This document shows positions 18,799-28,189 of a stretch of 64,000 nucleotides of DNA, one piece after another; within the stretch, counting starts at the first letter, position 1, and each line of letters starts with the position of its first letter. Made by a program: the position numbers and the translations under genes. Source of the stretch: Candidatus Giovannonibacteria bacterium RIFCSPLOWO2_02_FULL_45_28 (GTDB taxonomy: Bacteria; Patescibacteriota; Minisyncoccia; UBA11713; 2-01-FULL-45-33); NCBI GenBank assembly GCA_001780725.1, contig MFIM01000001.1, forward strand, positions 83,642 to 147,641, given 5' to 3'. Under the pieces are notes generated by a model, which saw only the letters and a list, made by a program, of their open reading frames with translations, was not told the DNA's origin and ran no database searches.

Positions 18799-19048
18799 AA
18801 TGACCCTCGTTACCCGCGAAGGGTGCGTTCATTGCGCGCAGACCAAAGAAATTCTTAAAAAGATACAGCCCGAGTATCCCGAACTTGCGGTGGAAGAAAT
18901 AGATATGACCACGCCCCAGGGGCAAGAACTTATCAGTAAATACGGAATTATGTCGAGTCCGGGGATTATTATTAACGGCGAGCTGTTCTCTATAGGCGGA
19001 ACTACGGAAAAGGAATTAAGAGAGAAATTTGTCGCATTAAGGAGTTAA
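18782..19048 (+). CDS. Thioredoxin/glutaredoxin-like protein
   Basis: GCVHC motif, YGIMSSPGIIING. Confidence 0.85.
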   Translation: MNKEIKMTLVTREGCVHCAQTKEILKKIQPEYPELAVEEIDMTTPQGQELISKYGIMSSPGIIINGELFSIGGTTEKELREKFVALRS

Positions 19049-19144
19049 ATTTTGTAGCCCGCCAAAAAATCCGCCAGCCCAAGCGAGGGCGCGGCGGAAG
19101 GAGGGTGTGGGAGAATTTCGCCGCACCCGAGCGGAAACATCAGC

Positions 19145-19387
19145 ACGCCTCCGCCTGCTCGTTTAGAGCAGAACGCCGAAAGCAAAATTTTCTTTTCCTT
19201 TAGAAGAAAAAATTGGTGGCGCGCGCAAAAAAAGAATCGTAAAGAAAATTTTGCTTGAGGCGTAGCCCCGCCTTTGGCGGGGCGCGGAGGCGTTCGTCAG
19301 AGTAAGACATTTTTGCTAAAATAGGTTCGAGCGTGGTTGTATAGATACACCATGTTATAATAAAAACATCGGCTCGAACCATATTTT
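19145..19387. repeat. Nested inverted-repeat element
   Basis: 16-bp IR 19180-19195/19241-19256; 10-bp IR 19145-19154/19284-19293; smaller hairpins. Confidence 0.7.
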
Positions 19388-19425
19388 AATTTTGGGGGAA
19401 GAAAATTTTTTTTCCATGTTAGTTA

Positions 19426-19851
19426 TCAAACCTTAATTGGGATAATTTCAAAAGTATTATGGTCGCGTTCAAACTTTATTCGGTAATTATCAAAAAAACC
19501 GATTTGCCCCAATAAAGCATGAACTGCCAGGTTGGGCACAAAACCAACTTCAACTTTTACTTTGTCCGTGAATTCTTTGATTTTGATATCAACGTCAATA
19601 AAATGTGTTTCCATCGCTTTGCCATCTATGCCCGTTACGCTCTCTTTCTTTTTGGCTTTGTCCAGATTTATACCAACGTATTTTGCAAATTCAGCGTTTA
19701 TTAAAATATTATCTGCCCCAGAATCCACCAGCGCTCCAAAAATAGAAACATTCTTTAAAGGTCCAAACAACTCAATCTCTATAATTGGTCGTCTCCTGTG
19801 AGGAGCTGTTGGTTTTGATGGATCAAATACAGCAGAGTACTGATATTTCAT
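19426..19851 (-). CDS. Retropepsin-like (clan AA) aspartyl protease
   Basis: ALVDSGAD catalytic motif, LLGQIGFF. Confidence 0.8.
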   Translation of the reverse strand: MKYQYSAVFDPSKPTAPHRRRPIIEIELFGPLKNVSIFGALVDSGADNILINAEFAKYVGINLDKAKKKESVTGIDGKAMETHFIDVDIKIKEFTDKVKVEVGFVPNLAVHALLGQIGFFDNYRIKFERDHNTFEIIPIKV

Positions 19852-20075
19852 AAACTCGAAGGCGCCAAATTTGCTCCGAGCGGTAATACCTTCGAAAACG
19901 CCACTCTGCTTTGAAGCACACTGTCTATTTTAGAAGCCGTTTCCTCAAGAGTTTCTCCACTAGCTATAATCTTTGTTCGGTCAGGAGAAAGCGCCACCCA
20001 TTTATTTTCGTATGGCTTAAGAATTGAGCTTAAATCGGGCATTTTTACAATGTTTTCTTCTTGTGTTTTTGACAT
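19848..20075 (-). CDS. DUF5678-like small protein
   Basis: YENKWVAL..IIASGETL; overlaps the protease start. Confidence 0.7.
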   Translation of the reverse strand: MSKTQEENIVKMPDLSSILKPYENKWVALSPDRTKIIASGETLEETASKIDSVLQSRVAFSKVLPLGANLAPSSL

Positions 20076-20094
20076 ATGCTTAAATATAACACAC

Positions 20095-20682
20095 TTATCC
20101 TCTCACTTCCACCAAACTGCCGCGGTGGCCTGGGATGGCGCCGGAGATGGCCATAAGATTTTTTTCGGGAATGATTTTGATGATTTTGAGATTGCTGACG
20201 GTGACGCGTTCCGCACCCATGTGCCCGGCCATGCGCATGCCTTTTAAAACTCTTTGCGGCCAAGTTGCGCCGATTGATCCCGGCTCGCGCTCGGAATGTT
20301 TTTGTCCGTGAGTTCTAGGTCCGCCGTGGAAACCATGACGTTTTACAACGCCCTGAAAACCTTTGCCTTTTGAAACGCCACTGACATTTACAAAGTCGCC
20401 CTCCTCAAAAGCGGTTGCCTCAATTTTGTCGCCCACATTTAAAGCGCTGGTTTTAAACTCGCGAAAATACTGAAAATTTCCCAATTTTTTCTGCGGCTTT
20501 TCTACGTTTTTTCCCTTTTTCGCGCTAAACCCGACCTGTACGGCAACGTATCCGTCCTTTTCTTCAGATTTTTTTTGCGTAACAAAAATGGGGCCGGCTT
20601 CCAGCCAAGTAACCGGTTGAACCCGTCCATTACCGTCAAAAATTTGCGACATCTCAATTTTTCTCGCCAAAATAAATTTCAT
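20095..20682 (-). CDS. rplC: 50S ribosomal protein L3
   Basis: SKGKGFQGVVKRHGF, PGSIG, GMRMAGHMG. Confidence 0.97.
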   Translation of the reverse strand: MKFILARKIEMSQIFDGNGRVQPVTWLEAGPIFVTQKKSEEKDGYVAVQVGFSAKKGKNVEKPQKKLGNFQYFREFKTSALNVGDKIEATAFEEGDFVNVSGVSKGKGFQGVVKRHGFHGGPRTHGQKHSEREPGSIGATWPQRVLKGMRMAGHMGAERVTVSNLKIIKIIPEKNLMAISGAIPGHRGSLVEVRG

Positions 20683-20683
20683 A

Positions 20684-21025
20684 TTACACCTTTATCTCAA
20701 TGTCCACCCCTGCCGGCAAGTTAAGATTGGTCATCGCCTCCACAACTTTCGGGGTGGGATCTAAAACATCAATCAAGCGCTTGTGAACCCGCATTTCAAA
20801 CTGCTCACGGGCATTTTTGTGGACAAACGAAGAACGATTAACCGTATATTTGCGAATTTCAGTAGGCAACGGCACCGGTCCTGCCAGCTCCGCTCCGTAC
20901 CGTAGGGCAGTATCTACTATTTGCCTCACTGACGAATCCAAAATTTTGTGGTCATACGCCCTTACGCGTATCCTCAATTTTTGCTTTTCCTCAACTGCTT
21001 TTTCTTTTGGCTTGGCTTTGGCCAT
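20684..21025 (-). CDS. rpsJ: 30S ribosomal protein S10
   Basis: [21 protein letters not shown]. Confidence 0.97.
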   Translation of the reverse strand: MAKAKPKEKAVEEKQKLRIRVRAYDHKILDSSVRQIVDTALRYGAELAGPVPLPTEIRKYTVNRSSFVHKNAREQFEMRVHKRLIDVLDPTPKVVEAMTNLNLPAGVDIEIKV

Positions 21026-21028
21026 TTA

Positions 21029-22222
21029 TTATTTATTGATCTTGGTGACCACACCAGCGCCGACGGTTTTGCCTCCCTCTCTGATTGCAAACCTTTGTTT
21101 TTCTTCCAAAGCCACAGGCGCGATAAGTTTTACGGAAAATTTGATAGTATCTCCCGGCATCACCATCTCCGTGCCTTGCGGCAAAGTTACGTCTCCCGTC
21201 ACATCAGTGGTGCGGATATAAAACTGTGGCTTATATCCGCTGAAAAACGGGGTGTGCCTGCCGCCCTCTTCTTTAGTCAAAATATAGACTTCCGCGTCAA
21301 ATTCAGTGTGTGGAGTGATAGATCCGGGCTTTGAGATAACTTGTCCGCGCTCCACATCTTCCTTTTTGACGCCGCGAAGCAAAATTCCCGCGTTGTCTCC
21401 GGCCAAGCCTTCATCCAATTGCTTGTTAAACATCTCTATGCCGGTTACCACTGTTTTTTGGGTATCGTGAAGACCCACTATCTCCACTTCATCGTTTAAT
21501 TTAACTTTGCCTCTTTCAATCCTTCCGGTAACCACAGTGCCGCGGCCTTCAATGGAAAACACGTCTTCAACAGGCATAAGGAATGGCCTGTCAATATCGC
21601 GAACCGGTTCCGGAATATATTCGTCCAACTGCTTTGCAAGTTCCAAAATCGGTTTTGCCCACTCATCTTCCGCTGATTTGACTTCCAAGGCTTTCAAAGC
21701 CGAGCCGCGGATAATCGGAGTTTTGTCTCCCGGGTATTCATATTTAGTCAAAAGCTCACGGACTTCGGTTTCAACCAAGTCAACCAATTCTTTGTCGTCC
21801 ACCGCGTCAACTTTGTTTAAGAAAACAATAATTGCCGGCACGCCGACTTGGCGCGCAAGAAGTATGTGCTCTCTTGTCTGCGGCATCGGGCCGTCAGCAG
21901 CCGAAACAACCAAAACTGCGCCGTCCATCTGCGCCGCGCCAGTAATCATATTTTTGATGTAGTCCGCATGCCCCGGAGCGTCAATGTGCGCGTAATGGCG
22001 CTTGTCGGTTTCATACTCCGAATGGTGAAGAGCTATGGTAATTCCGCGCTGGCGCTCTTCGGGAGCGTTATCAATATCTTCAACCTTTTCCACTCTCGCC
22101 TTTTTGCCGGCTAAATTAAGCACGTGCAAAATTGACGCTGTTAGCGTGGTTTTGCCGTGGTCAACATGGCCGATTGTGCCCACGTTAAGATGGGGCTTTG
22201 TCCTCTCAAATTTCTCCGCCAT
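21029..22222 (-). CDS. tuf: Elongation factor Tu
   Basis: [21 protein letters not shown]. Confidence 0.99.
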   Translation of the reverse strand: MAEKFERTKPHLNVGTIGHVDHGKTTLTASILHVLNLAGKKARVEKVEDIDNAPEERQRGITIALHHSEYETDKRHYAHIDAPGHADYIKNMITGAAQMDGAVLVVSAADGPMPQTREHILLARQVGVPAIIVFLNKVDAVDDKELVDLVETEVRELLTKYEYPGDKTPIIRGSALKALEVKSAEDEWAKPILELAKQLDEYIPEPVRDIDRPFLMPVEDVFSIEGRGTVVTGRIERGKVKLNDEVEIVGLHDTQKTVVTGIEMFNKQLDEGLAGDNAGILLRGVKKEDVERGQVISKPGSITPHTEFDAEVYILTKEEGGRHTPFFSGYKPQFYIRTTDVTGDVTLPQGTEMVMPGDTIKFSVKLIAPVALEEKQRFAIREGGKTVGAGVVTKINK

Positions 22223-22316
22223 AAATTTATTTAAAAATTAGCGCTTATAAAAGCCAATACGCATTTTCAGCGTATAATCCGTATATTATAGGATGATAAA
22301 ACCCCTGTCAAGGCGC

Positions 22317-22343
22317 AAAAAAACCCCGACACAAGGTCGGGGC
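22317..22343 (-). terminator. Intrinsic terminator
   Basis: ccccgac/gtcgggg stem followed by a T-run on the minus strand. Confidence 0.55.
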
Positions 22344-22370
22344 GAGGCGGCTAAACTAGCCGCAGGTTTC

Positions 22371-22544
22371 TTACAACATTATTAATTTAACGATAAGGAA
22401 CAAAATGTAAGCTATTGATAATAGGGATAAAAACCAGGAAAATTTGGCAATCCAAACCAGATGTCTCTCCAGCCAAAATCTTTGTGGAACAACCGCCCGA
22501 TAAACCGTCATCAAAATAGCTCCGAAAATTCCAGCAAGGAACAT
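22371..22544 (-). CDS. Small 2-TM protein, 57 aa
   Basis: Manual translation MFLAGIFGAILMTVYR...; start overlaps upstream stop. Confidence 0.45.
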   Translation of the reverse strand: MFLAGIFGAILMTVYRAVVPQRFWLERHLVWIAKFSWFLSLLSIAYILFLIVKLIML

Positions 22545-22750
22545 CATCCTTGTTCACCCCCTTGATGCGTTGTTAGAAAAGTTTTTTCTTCGGCAGAAAG
22601 CTTTTTGAAAATTGCCGACAGTTTTTGCCAAATCTCTTTGGCTTCCGGATCGTTTTGACGCCTCTGCTTTTCAAAAACTTTTAGAATAAACTGAAGCCGT
22701 AAAAATTCTTCTAATTTCTTGCTCTGCCCGTACTCAACGCCTTTGGGCAT
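22544..22750 (-). CDS. Hypothetical protein, 68 aa
   Basis: ATG with upstream GAGGTG. Confidence 0.5.
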   Translation of the reverse strand: MPKGVEYGQSKKLEEFLRLQFILKVFEKQRRQNDPEAKEIWQKLSAIFKKLSAEEKTFLTTHQGGEQG

Positions 22751-22758
22751 AAATCACC

Positions 22759-23019
22759 TCACTGCCATCGAGACATCACTCCAGCATTTCCAGTCACGCT
22801 CACTACCACCTGTCCATAATGATCGTCAATGCGCACCACTCCGCCACCGCGAGAGATAAGAATGGCGGCATTAACATCTTTTGGAACGATTATCTTCGTG
22901 CCATCGGTAAATTCCATACCGACAACGTTTCCGTCGCTAAGCTCAAGCGATTTTATAGTCCTCACTATTCTACCTCCTATTCTAAACCAAAGCTTATCAC
23001 TAAACCGGCAGGTCGTCAA
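22759..23019 (-). CDS. Hypothetical protein, start uncertain
   Basis: ORF in a small minus-strand cluster; internal GGAGG suggests a later start. Confidence 0.4.
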   Translation of the reverse strand: MTTCRFSDKLWFRIGGRIVRTIKSLELSDGNVVGMEFTDGTKIIVPKDVNAAILISRGGGVVRIDDHYGQVVVSVTGNAGVMSRWQ

Positions 23020-23107
23020 GCCCCACTTCTTCGTCTAGATTTTCTGCAAGCAGTTTGTCAGACAAAATTTTTTCTTCTTGTTGTAATTCTATATTTTCGT
23101 TTTCCAT
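23000..23107 (-). CDS. Acidic micro-protein, 35 aa
   Basis: Manual translation MENENIELQQEEKILSDKLLAENLDEEVGLDDLPV; TATAAT just upstream. Confidence 0.35.
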   Translation of the reverse strand: MENENIELQQEEKILSDKLLAENLDEEVGLDDLPV

Positions 23108-23234
23108 AAATTATACCAATTCTAAAATCTTTGAACGAAGCTTGCAAGCATTCCCGTGCTTCAACAAGCCAAGATAAGAATTTAGAGTATCCGCCATATT
23201 ATTTTCTTGTAATCTTCTCATCATCCGCCTTTTT

Positions 23235-23540
23235 GTGCTTGTCCGCAAAACTCATAGACATTCTTTAGGCCAGCGCATTGACGCGTTTTTTATTGAAATT
23301 ATGGAAGCGATTGCGGTTGCGAGTTTTCTTTCGCGAGAAGAAAAACTGCCTTATATCAGATTGGCTATGCGAAAAACGGACGCGCTGAAAATACTGCTTA
23401 TGGTACTTTGGGAAACCAAATCTTTGGACAATAAAAAATATGCCGCGTTGTCGATCAAAATAATCGAAATTGGAAAAATGCTGGGCGGATGGAGCGGACA
23501 GATACAAAAACAAAACTCTCCCAAAACGGGAGAGAAATGA
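23235..23540 (+). pseudogene. avd: DGR accessory variability determinant (Avd, four-helix bundle), apparently 5'-truncated
   Basis: HRHSLGQRID...EIGKMLGGW signature; no ATG between the in-frame TAA at 23175 and the GTG at 23235. Confidence 0.75.
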
Positions 23541-23551
23541 AAAGAGTTGCC

Positions 23552-23673
23552 GAAGCGGAGAGCGGGATTGTTAGAATACCAGCTGTAGCCCAACCAGCAC
23601 CAGAGCAACACGACCTCGTCGCCGTACTCGCAGAGATACGGGACATTCAGGTTGCCGTTGCGGTTCTGCACGA
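23552..23673 (-). ncRNA. DGR template repeat (TR)
   Basis: Ungapped 122-bp match to 24057-24178; 11 of 12 mismatches at TR adenines on the minus strand. Confidence 0.9.
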
Positions 23674-23910
23674 AATGTATGGGATTTCATCTGTGCCACT
23701 GCCCTTTGAGTGCTCTTGGAGCTGTATCGTATTCGGCATAGCAATGCCTTAAAACCCCACACCAAGTATATTCATTTTTTATGAAGTGCTGCATACACCG
23801 CTCTATTTGAAACCTTGATCGCAAATATTCCGGATATATGGATACTGGGTTCGGTAGCAAGAAACCTTAATTTCCTGCGTATTCACCTACTGCCATTTTT
23901 GATGGTAGCA

Positions 23911-23943
23911 CAAAAAAGAAAAGCCCCCGATGTTCTGGGGGCT
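23911..23943 (-). terminator. Terminator of the DGR target gene
   Basis: agccccc/gggggct stem followed by a T-rich run on the minus strand. Confidence 0.6.
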
Positions 23944-24047
23944 GGAGTTCTGCGCTATTCTCCACAGCGTTTGGCATTATGCCAGTTCGGAAGGACAAAG
24001 GTTCAAGCGTCCAAGCGCAGCAGGACACAGGAGCCAATGTCTAAGTT

Positions 24048-24689
24048 CTACTTGCTGAAGCGGAGAGCGGGATCGTTAGAATACCAGCTGCAGCCCAACC
24101 AGTACCAGAGCAACACGACCCCGCCGCCGTACCCGCAGAGACACGGGACATCCAGGCGGCCGTAGCGGTCCTGCACGACCGACTTCCACCCAAACACCGT
24201 CTTGCCTGCATATAACTTGCGGAACACAGCAATGCCCTTGGTTTGGATGGCCAGGAGGTCGGCCAGTCCGAGGCAATCGGCAAGAGCATTGTCCTTCTGA
24301 AGATGCTTGTAAATCGCGTTGCCGATCGCAACTCCCGTTTTCTGGTCATTGTGGAGCCAAAGCCCGACCGCGGCGTTGAGGTTGTATTCGGCGGGTCCAA
24401 CGAGCTCCAATTCGGGATGCATCACTTTCTTCATCCAGCCGGGATAGCTCGGTTTGACCGAGCGGTCCACGCTGATAATGAAGTCAAGTAACACCTCGGG
24501 AGCGGGGACAACATCTCCAACGGTTACTAGGCGCTCAATCGGCTTGATCTCGCTGAAACCGTTGAGTACGGCCTTGATGGTCCCGAGATCATACTTCCTT
24601 AATTTGGTTACCTCCTCGACACTAAATCCCGCCTTTTCCAGAGCATCGGCCAGTTGGTTCATATGGCCGATAGAATACAGAGTAGACAT
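24048..24689 (-). CDS. DGR target protein with C-terminal variable region
   Basis: VR encodes the last ~42 aa; AGGAGG before the ATG at 24689 (alternative start 24710). Confidence 0.85.
   Translation of the reverse strand: MSTLYSIGHMNQLADALEKAGFSVEEVTKLRKYDLGTIKAVLNGFSEIKPIERLVTVGDVVPAPEVLLDFIISVDRSVKPSYPGWMKKVMHPELELVGPAEYNLNAAVGLWLHNDQKTGVAIGNAIYKHLQKDNALADCLGLADLLAIQTKGIAVFRKLYAGKTVFGWKSVVQDRYGRLDVPCLCGYGGGVVLLWYWLGCSWYSNDPALRFSK
24057..24178 (-). repeat. DGR variable repeat (VR)
   Basis: Adenine-specific divergence from TR; ends 6 nt before the stop codon. Confidence 0.9.
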
Positions 24690-24921
24690 AATCTTCCTCC
24701 CTTTGGACATGTTCCTTTCTAGAACTCGTCCGTTTGCTGTTTTAATTTGACTTTCGCCACAGCCCCGACATGACTTTTTATAAGCCAGTTCGGGGCTACG
24801 GCAAAGCGCAAGTTAACGTATTAAAGAGCTACGCCCCAATTATACACCCGAAAGGTTTAAAAGTCAATAGCTGAAAATCCTTTATTTTATAAGGGTTTTT
24901 TGGGTAATTATAGCTTTCGCG

Positions 24922-27012
24922 TTATTTTTTTCCTTCCTTAATCAACTCCGCGATATTGTTTGACACCTCATCATAATGATCAAATTCCATTGTGTACGAA
25001 GCCCGGCCTTCCGTCATGCTTCGGAGCTTGGTGACATATCCGAACATTTCGGAAAGCGGAACTTTGGCGTCCACCACCCGCGCGTTGCCGCGCTCCGACA
25101 TCTGTTCAATTTTTCCGCGCTTGGAAGAAAGATCTCCAGTAACATCTCCCAAAAACTGGTCCGGAGTTACAACTTCAACTTTCATAACAGGCTCAAGCAA
25201 AACTGCGCCAGCGCGTTTTGAGGCTTCCTGTAAAGCAATAGAGCCCGCAATCTTAAACGCCGCTTCGGAAGAATCTACGTCGTGATAAGAGCCGTCATAA
25301 AGCGCCACGCGCATGTCCACCAAAGGAAAGCCCGCCACTACGCCTTTTTCCACCGCTTCTTTAATGCCTTTTTCTACTGCCGGAATAAATTCTTGCGGGA
25401 TAATCCCGCCCTTTATTTCGTTAAGAAATTCAAATCCCTTGCCGCGATCGTTCGGCTCAACTCTTAACCATACGTGCCCATATTGCCCCCTGCCTCCTGA
25501 TTGGCGAATATATTTTCCTTCAGCCTCCGCTGTTTTTTTAACGGTTTCTTTGTAGGCAACCTGCGGGCGGCCGACGTTGGCCTCAACTTTAAATTCCCGC
25601 TTCATGCGGTCAACCAAAATTTCCAAATGGAGTTCGCCCATTCCGGAAATAATTGTCTCCATTGTTTCTTCGTCGCCCTTGATGCGAAAAGTGGGGTCTT
25701 CTTCCGAAAGCCTGCGCAGCGCCAACCCCATTTTTTCCTGATCCGCTTTTGTTTTGGGTTCAATCCGCAAAGAAACCACCGGTTCGGGAAATACAATTGA
25801 TTCCAAAACGATGGGATGTTCCGGGTCGGAAAGCGTGTCCCCCGTCTTTGTATTTTTTAAACCAACAATCGCGCCTATCTCCCCCGCCTGCATTTCCTTT
25901 ACTTCTTCGCGGTGGTTGGCATGCATCCGCAAAATTCTGCCGATGCGCTCTTTGTCGCCCGTGCGCGTATTTAAAACGTAAGATCCGGCGGAAAGTATGC
26001 CGGAATACACTCTAAAATAAGTAAGCTGTCCGACATACGGATCGGTCTGCAGCTTGAAAGCTAGGGCCGCAAACGGCACGTCGTCTTTGGACTCGCGAGT
26101 AAGTTCTGCTTCTGTTTTTGGATCGTATCCCTTGATCGGCAGAAGGTCGGCCGGACTCGGCAGATAATCCACAACCCCGTCAAGCATCATTTGCACGCCT
26201 TTGTTTTTCAAGGCCGATCCGCAAAAAACTGGAACCAGTTTATAATCAAGCGTTGCGCGCCTAAGCGCAGATCTTAATTCTGCCTCGCTGATTTCTTTGC
26301 CCTCAAGATATTTCTCGGTAAGCGCGTCGTCTTCTCCGGCAATGCGCTCTACCATTTTGTGCCGCCATTCTTCGGCTTCTGTTTTTTTCTGCGCCGGAAT
26401 TTCTTCTTCAACTATTTTTTCCCCATGCTCTCCTTCAAATTTGATAAATTTCATTCTCATAAGATCAATTACACCGGAAAAATCTCCTTCTAAACCAACA
26501 GGGATGTTCACTGCCACGGCGTTCGGAGTCAGGCGTTCCAAAATAGAGTTAAAACTATTAACAAAAGACGCACCCATGCGGTCAAGTTTGTTTATAAAGC
26601 AAATCCGCGGGACTTTATATTTATCCGCTTGCCGCCAGACTGTCTCGGATTGCGGCTCAACGCCCGCAACTCCGTCAAAAACAACAACGCCGCCATCCAA
26701 AACGCGCAAAGACCTTTCCACTTCAACCGTAAAATCCACGTGTCCGGGAGTATCAATAATATTTATGCGATATTTTTCTCCACCGTATGACTTGGTCCAA
26801 AAACAAGTTGTGGCTGCGGAAGTAATTGTAATGCCGCGCTCTCTTTCCTGCTCCATCCAGTCCATCACAGCCTCGCCTTCGTGCACCTCGCCGATTTTAT
26901 GCGAAACTCCGGTATAAAAAAGCACCCGTTCGCTAACGGTCGTTTTCCCCGCGTCAATATGGGCAATTATGCCGATATCCCGCGTCCGCTCAATTGGATA
27001 TTCCCGTGCCAT
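24922..27012 (-). CDS. fusA: Elongation factor G
   Basis: [28 protein letters not shown]. Confidence 0.99.
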   Translation of the reverse strand: MAREYPIERTRDIGIIAHIDAGKTTVSERVLFYTGVSHKIGEVHEGEAVMDWMEQERERGITITSAATTCFWTKSYGGEKYRINIIDTPGHVDFTVEVERSLRVLDGGVVVFDGVAGVEPQSETVWRQADKYKVPRICFINKLDRMGASFVNSFNSILERLTPNAVAVNIPVGLEGDFSGVIDLMRMKFIKFEGEHGEKIVEEEIPAQKKTEAEEWRHKMVERIAGEDDALTEKYLEGKEISEAELRSALRRATLDYKLVPVFCGSALKNKGVQMMLDGVVDYLPSPADLLPIKGYDPKTEAELTRESKDDVPFAALAFKLQTDPYVGQLTYFRVYSGILSAGSYVLNTRTGDKERIGRILRMHANHREEVKEMQAGEIGAIVGLKNTKTGDTLSDPEHPIVLESIVFPEPVVSLRIEPKTKADQEKMGLALRRLSEEDPTFRIKGDEETMETIISGMGELHLEILVDRMKREFKVEANVGRPQVAYKETVKKTAEAEGKYIRQSGGRGQYGHVWLRVEPNDRGKGFEFLNEIKGGIIPQEFIPAVEKGIKEAVEKGVVAGFPLVDMRVALYDGSYHDVDSSEAAFKIAGSIALQEASKRAGAVLLEPVMKVEVVTPDQFLGDVTGDLSSKRGKIEQMSERGNARVVDAKVPLSEMFGYVTKLRSMTEGRASYTMEFDHYDEVSNNIAELIKEGKK

Positions 27013-27103
27013 AAAAATTAAAAGATAGTTTATAGATTACTATAAAAAAATGCCCAACGCAAGGTTGGGATTCTAATTTTTTTACAAGACCGAGGCTTTA
27101 TTA

Positions 27104-27640
27104 TTAAAAAGGCCTGCCTGTTCTTAACTTGCCTTTAGTAAAAGAGTCTACTATAATCTTCCCGTTTTTTTCATGGCCATGGATTATCGCTGGTTTTATT
27201 ACTTCGAGGACAACACCCCCCCGCTCACTTGCCTTAAAAAACCTGTTTAATGCGGTATCAAAATTGTCCCGTAGTAAAGGCCTGATTTCCCAACCGCCCT
27301 CAACCTTTTCGAGATAATATATCCCCCCCCTAATTTCTGGGCGGTAATCATGTTCCAATATTTTCAGTTCCATGGCATAACTATCGGCATACTCACCTTC
27401 TTTTCTCACAATGAACGCAGTATCGTCGTTTGGATATTCAAAGCCCTTTTCAAGCTCACTTACATTCTCTTCTAAACCTTTGGCGGGCTCGCCAATACTC
27501 TCTTCGCTGCGCCCGTCTCTAAATCGTTGGATTGCTTCTTGGTATTTAGCAACAATGCGTTCAGCTTCTTCCAACTCGGTCTCGGATTTTATTTCCAAGT
27601 CTTCTTTGCTGGGAAACCCGCTTTCGAATTTATTTACCAC
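27104..27640 (-). CDS. Hypothetical protein, 178 aa
   Basis: Long ORF with no recognised motif. Confidence 0.55.
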   Translation of the reverse strand: MVNKFESGFPSKEDLEIKSETELEEAERIVAKYQEAIQRFRDGRSEESIGEPAKGLEENVSELEKGFEYPNDDTAFIVRKEGEYADSYAMELKILEHDYRPEIRGGIYYLEKVEGGWEIRPLLRDNFDTALNRFFKASERGGVVLEVIKPAIIHGHEKNGKIIVDSFTKGKLRTGRPF

Positions 27641-27676
27641 AATATAATGCTAGCACAAAAGTTTTAAAAATGCAAT

Positions 27677-27961
27677 CTACTTAGATTTTTTATAAATCTC
27701 GTGCGTGCCGATGTTTAAATAAACTACAACATTATCATTCACAAAATAAAAATGAATGCGGTAGTCTTTATTTACCGAATATGCCCAGTCGTTCTTAAGC
27801 TTTCCGCCAAGTTTATGAGTTTCTAAAGAAGGATGAAATGCGTTTTGCCGAAAAATCTTATCTTTGTTTGCCGCTAATTTTTGGACGACTTTAGGCAACC
27901 GCTCAAAATTCTTTTCAAAAAGAGAGGTGTGTTCTACCCCGAAGATCCTCCGTGGTGTCAT
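27677..27961 (-). CDS. RelE/YafQ-family mRNA interferase toxin
   Basis: HPSLETHKLGG..WAYSVNKDYRI..IGTHEIY. Confidence 0.85.
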   Translation of the reverse strand: MTPRRIFGVEHTSLFEKNFERLPKVVQKLAANKDKIFRQNAFHPSLETHKLGGKLKNDWAYSVNKDYRIHFYFVNDNVVVYLNIGTHEIYKKSK

Positions 27962-28167
27962 TTAATAAGCCGGCTCAGGTTTTTTAAAATTTTTGTCTTG
28001 CCTAATCTGTGTTCTCGCCTCCCCAATCTGCTAGCTTTGAGAGCGTCGTCCATTTCCCAACTTCTCTGTAAATCTTTTGCGAATTCTTTCGGATCCACGA
28101 CCAAAAGCTTGCGGCCGTTAGCGCGTTTTAAAATTTCTTTTGGAATTTCTATGGTAATAGTTGCCAT
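27958..28167 (-). CDS. Putative antitoxin
   Basis: 69-aa ORF coupled upstream of the toxin. Confidence 0.65.
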   Translation of the reverse strand: MATITIEIPKEILKRANGRKLLVVDPKEFAKDLQRSWEMDDALKASRLGRREHRLGKTKILKNLSRLIK

Positions 28168-28189
28168 AAAATTATTTTAACACAAAATA

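Larger units (their letters stand above)
14581..20151. mobile_element. ~5.5-kb genomic island inserted at rplC 3' end
   Basis: Bounded by the 57-bp direct repeat; separates rplC from rplD; no integrase ORF. Confidence 0.8.

Noticed and set aside
23351-23671. 106-aa minus-strand ORF resembling the DGR target C-terminus
   Set aside because: It is the TR read in the VR frame and continuing antisense through avd; better explained as non-coding template.
23552-24178. TR/VR pair as a CRISPR array or simple duplication
   Set aside because: Only two copies, no spacers or cas genes, and mismatches are adenine-specific.
24750-24812. Hairpin upstream of the DGR target as a riboswitch
   Set aside because: The agccccga/tcggggct stem is real, but I cannot match any known aptamer consensus.
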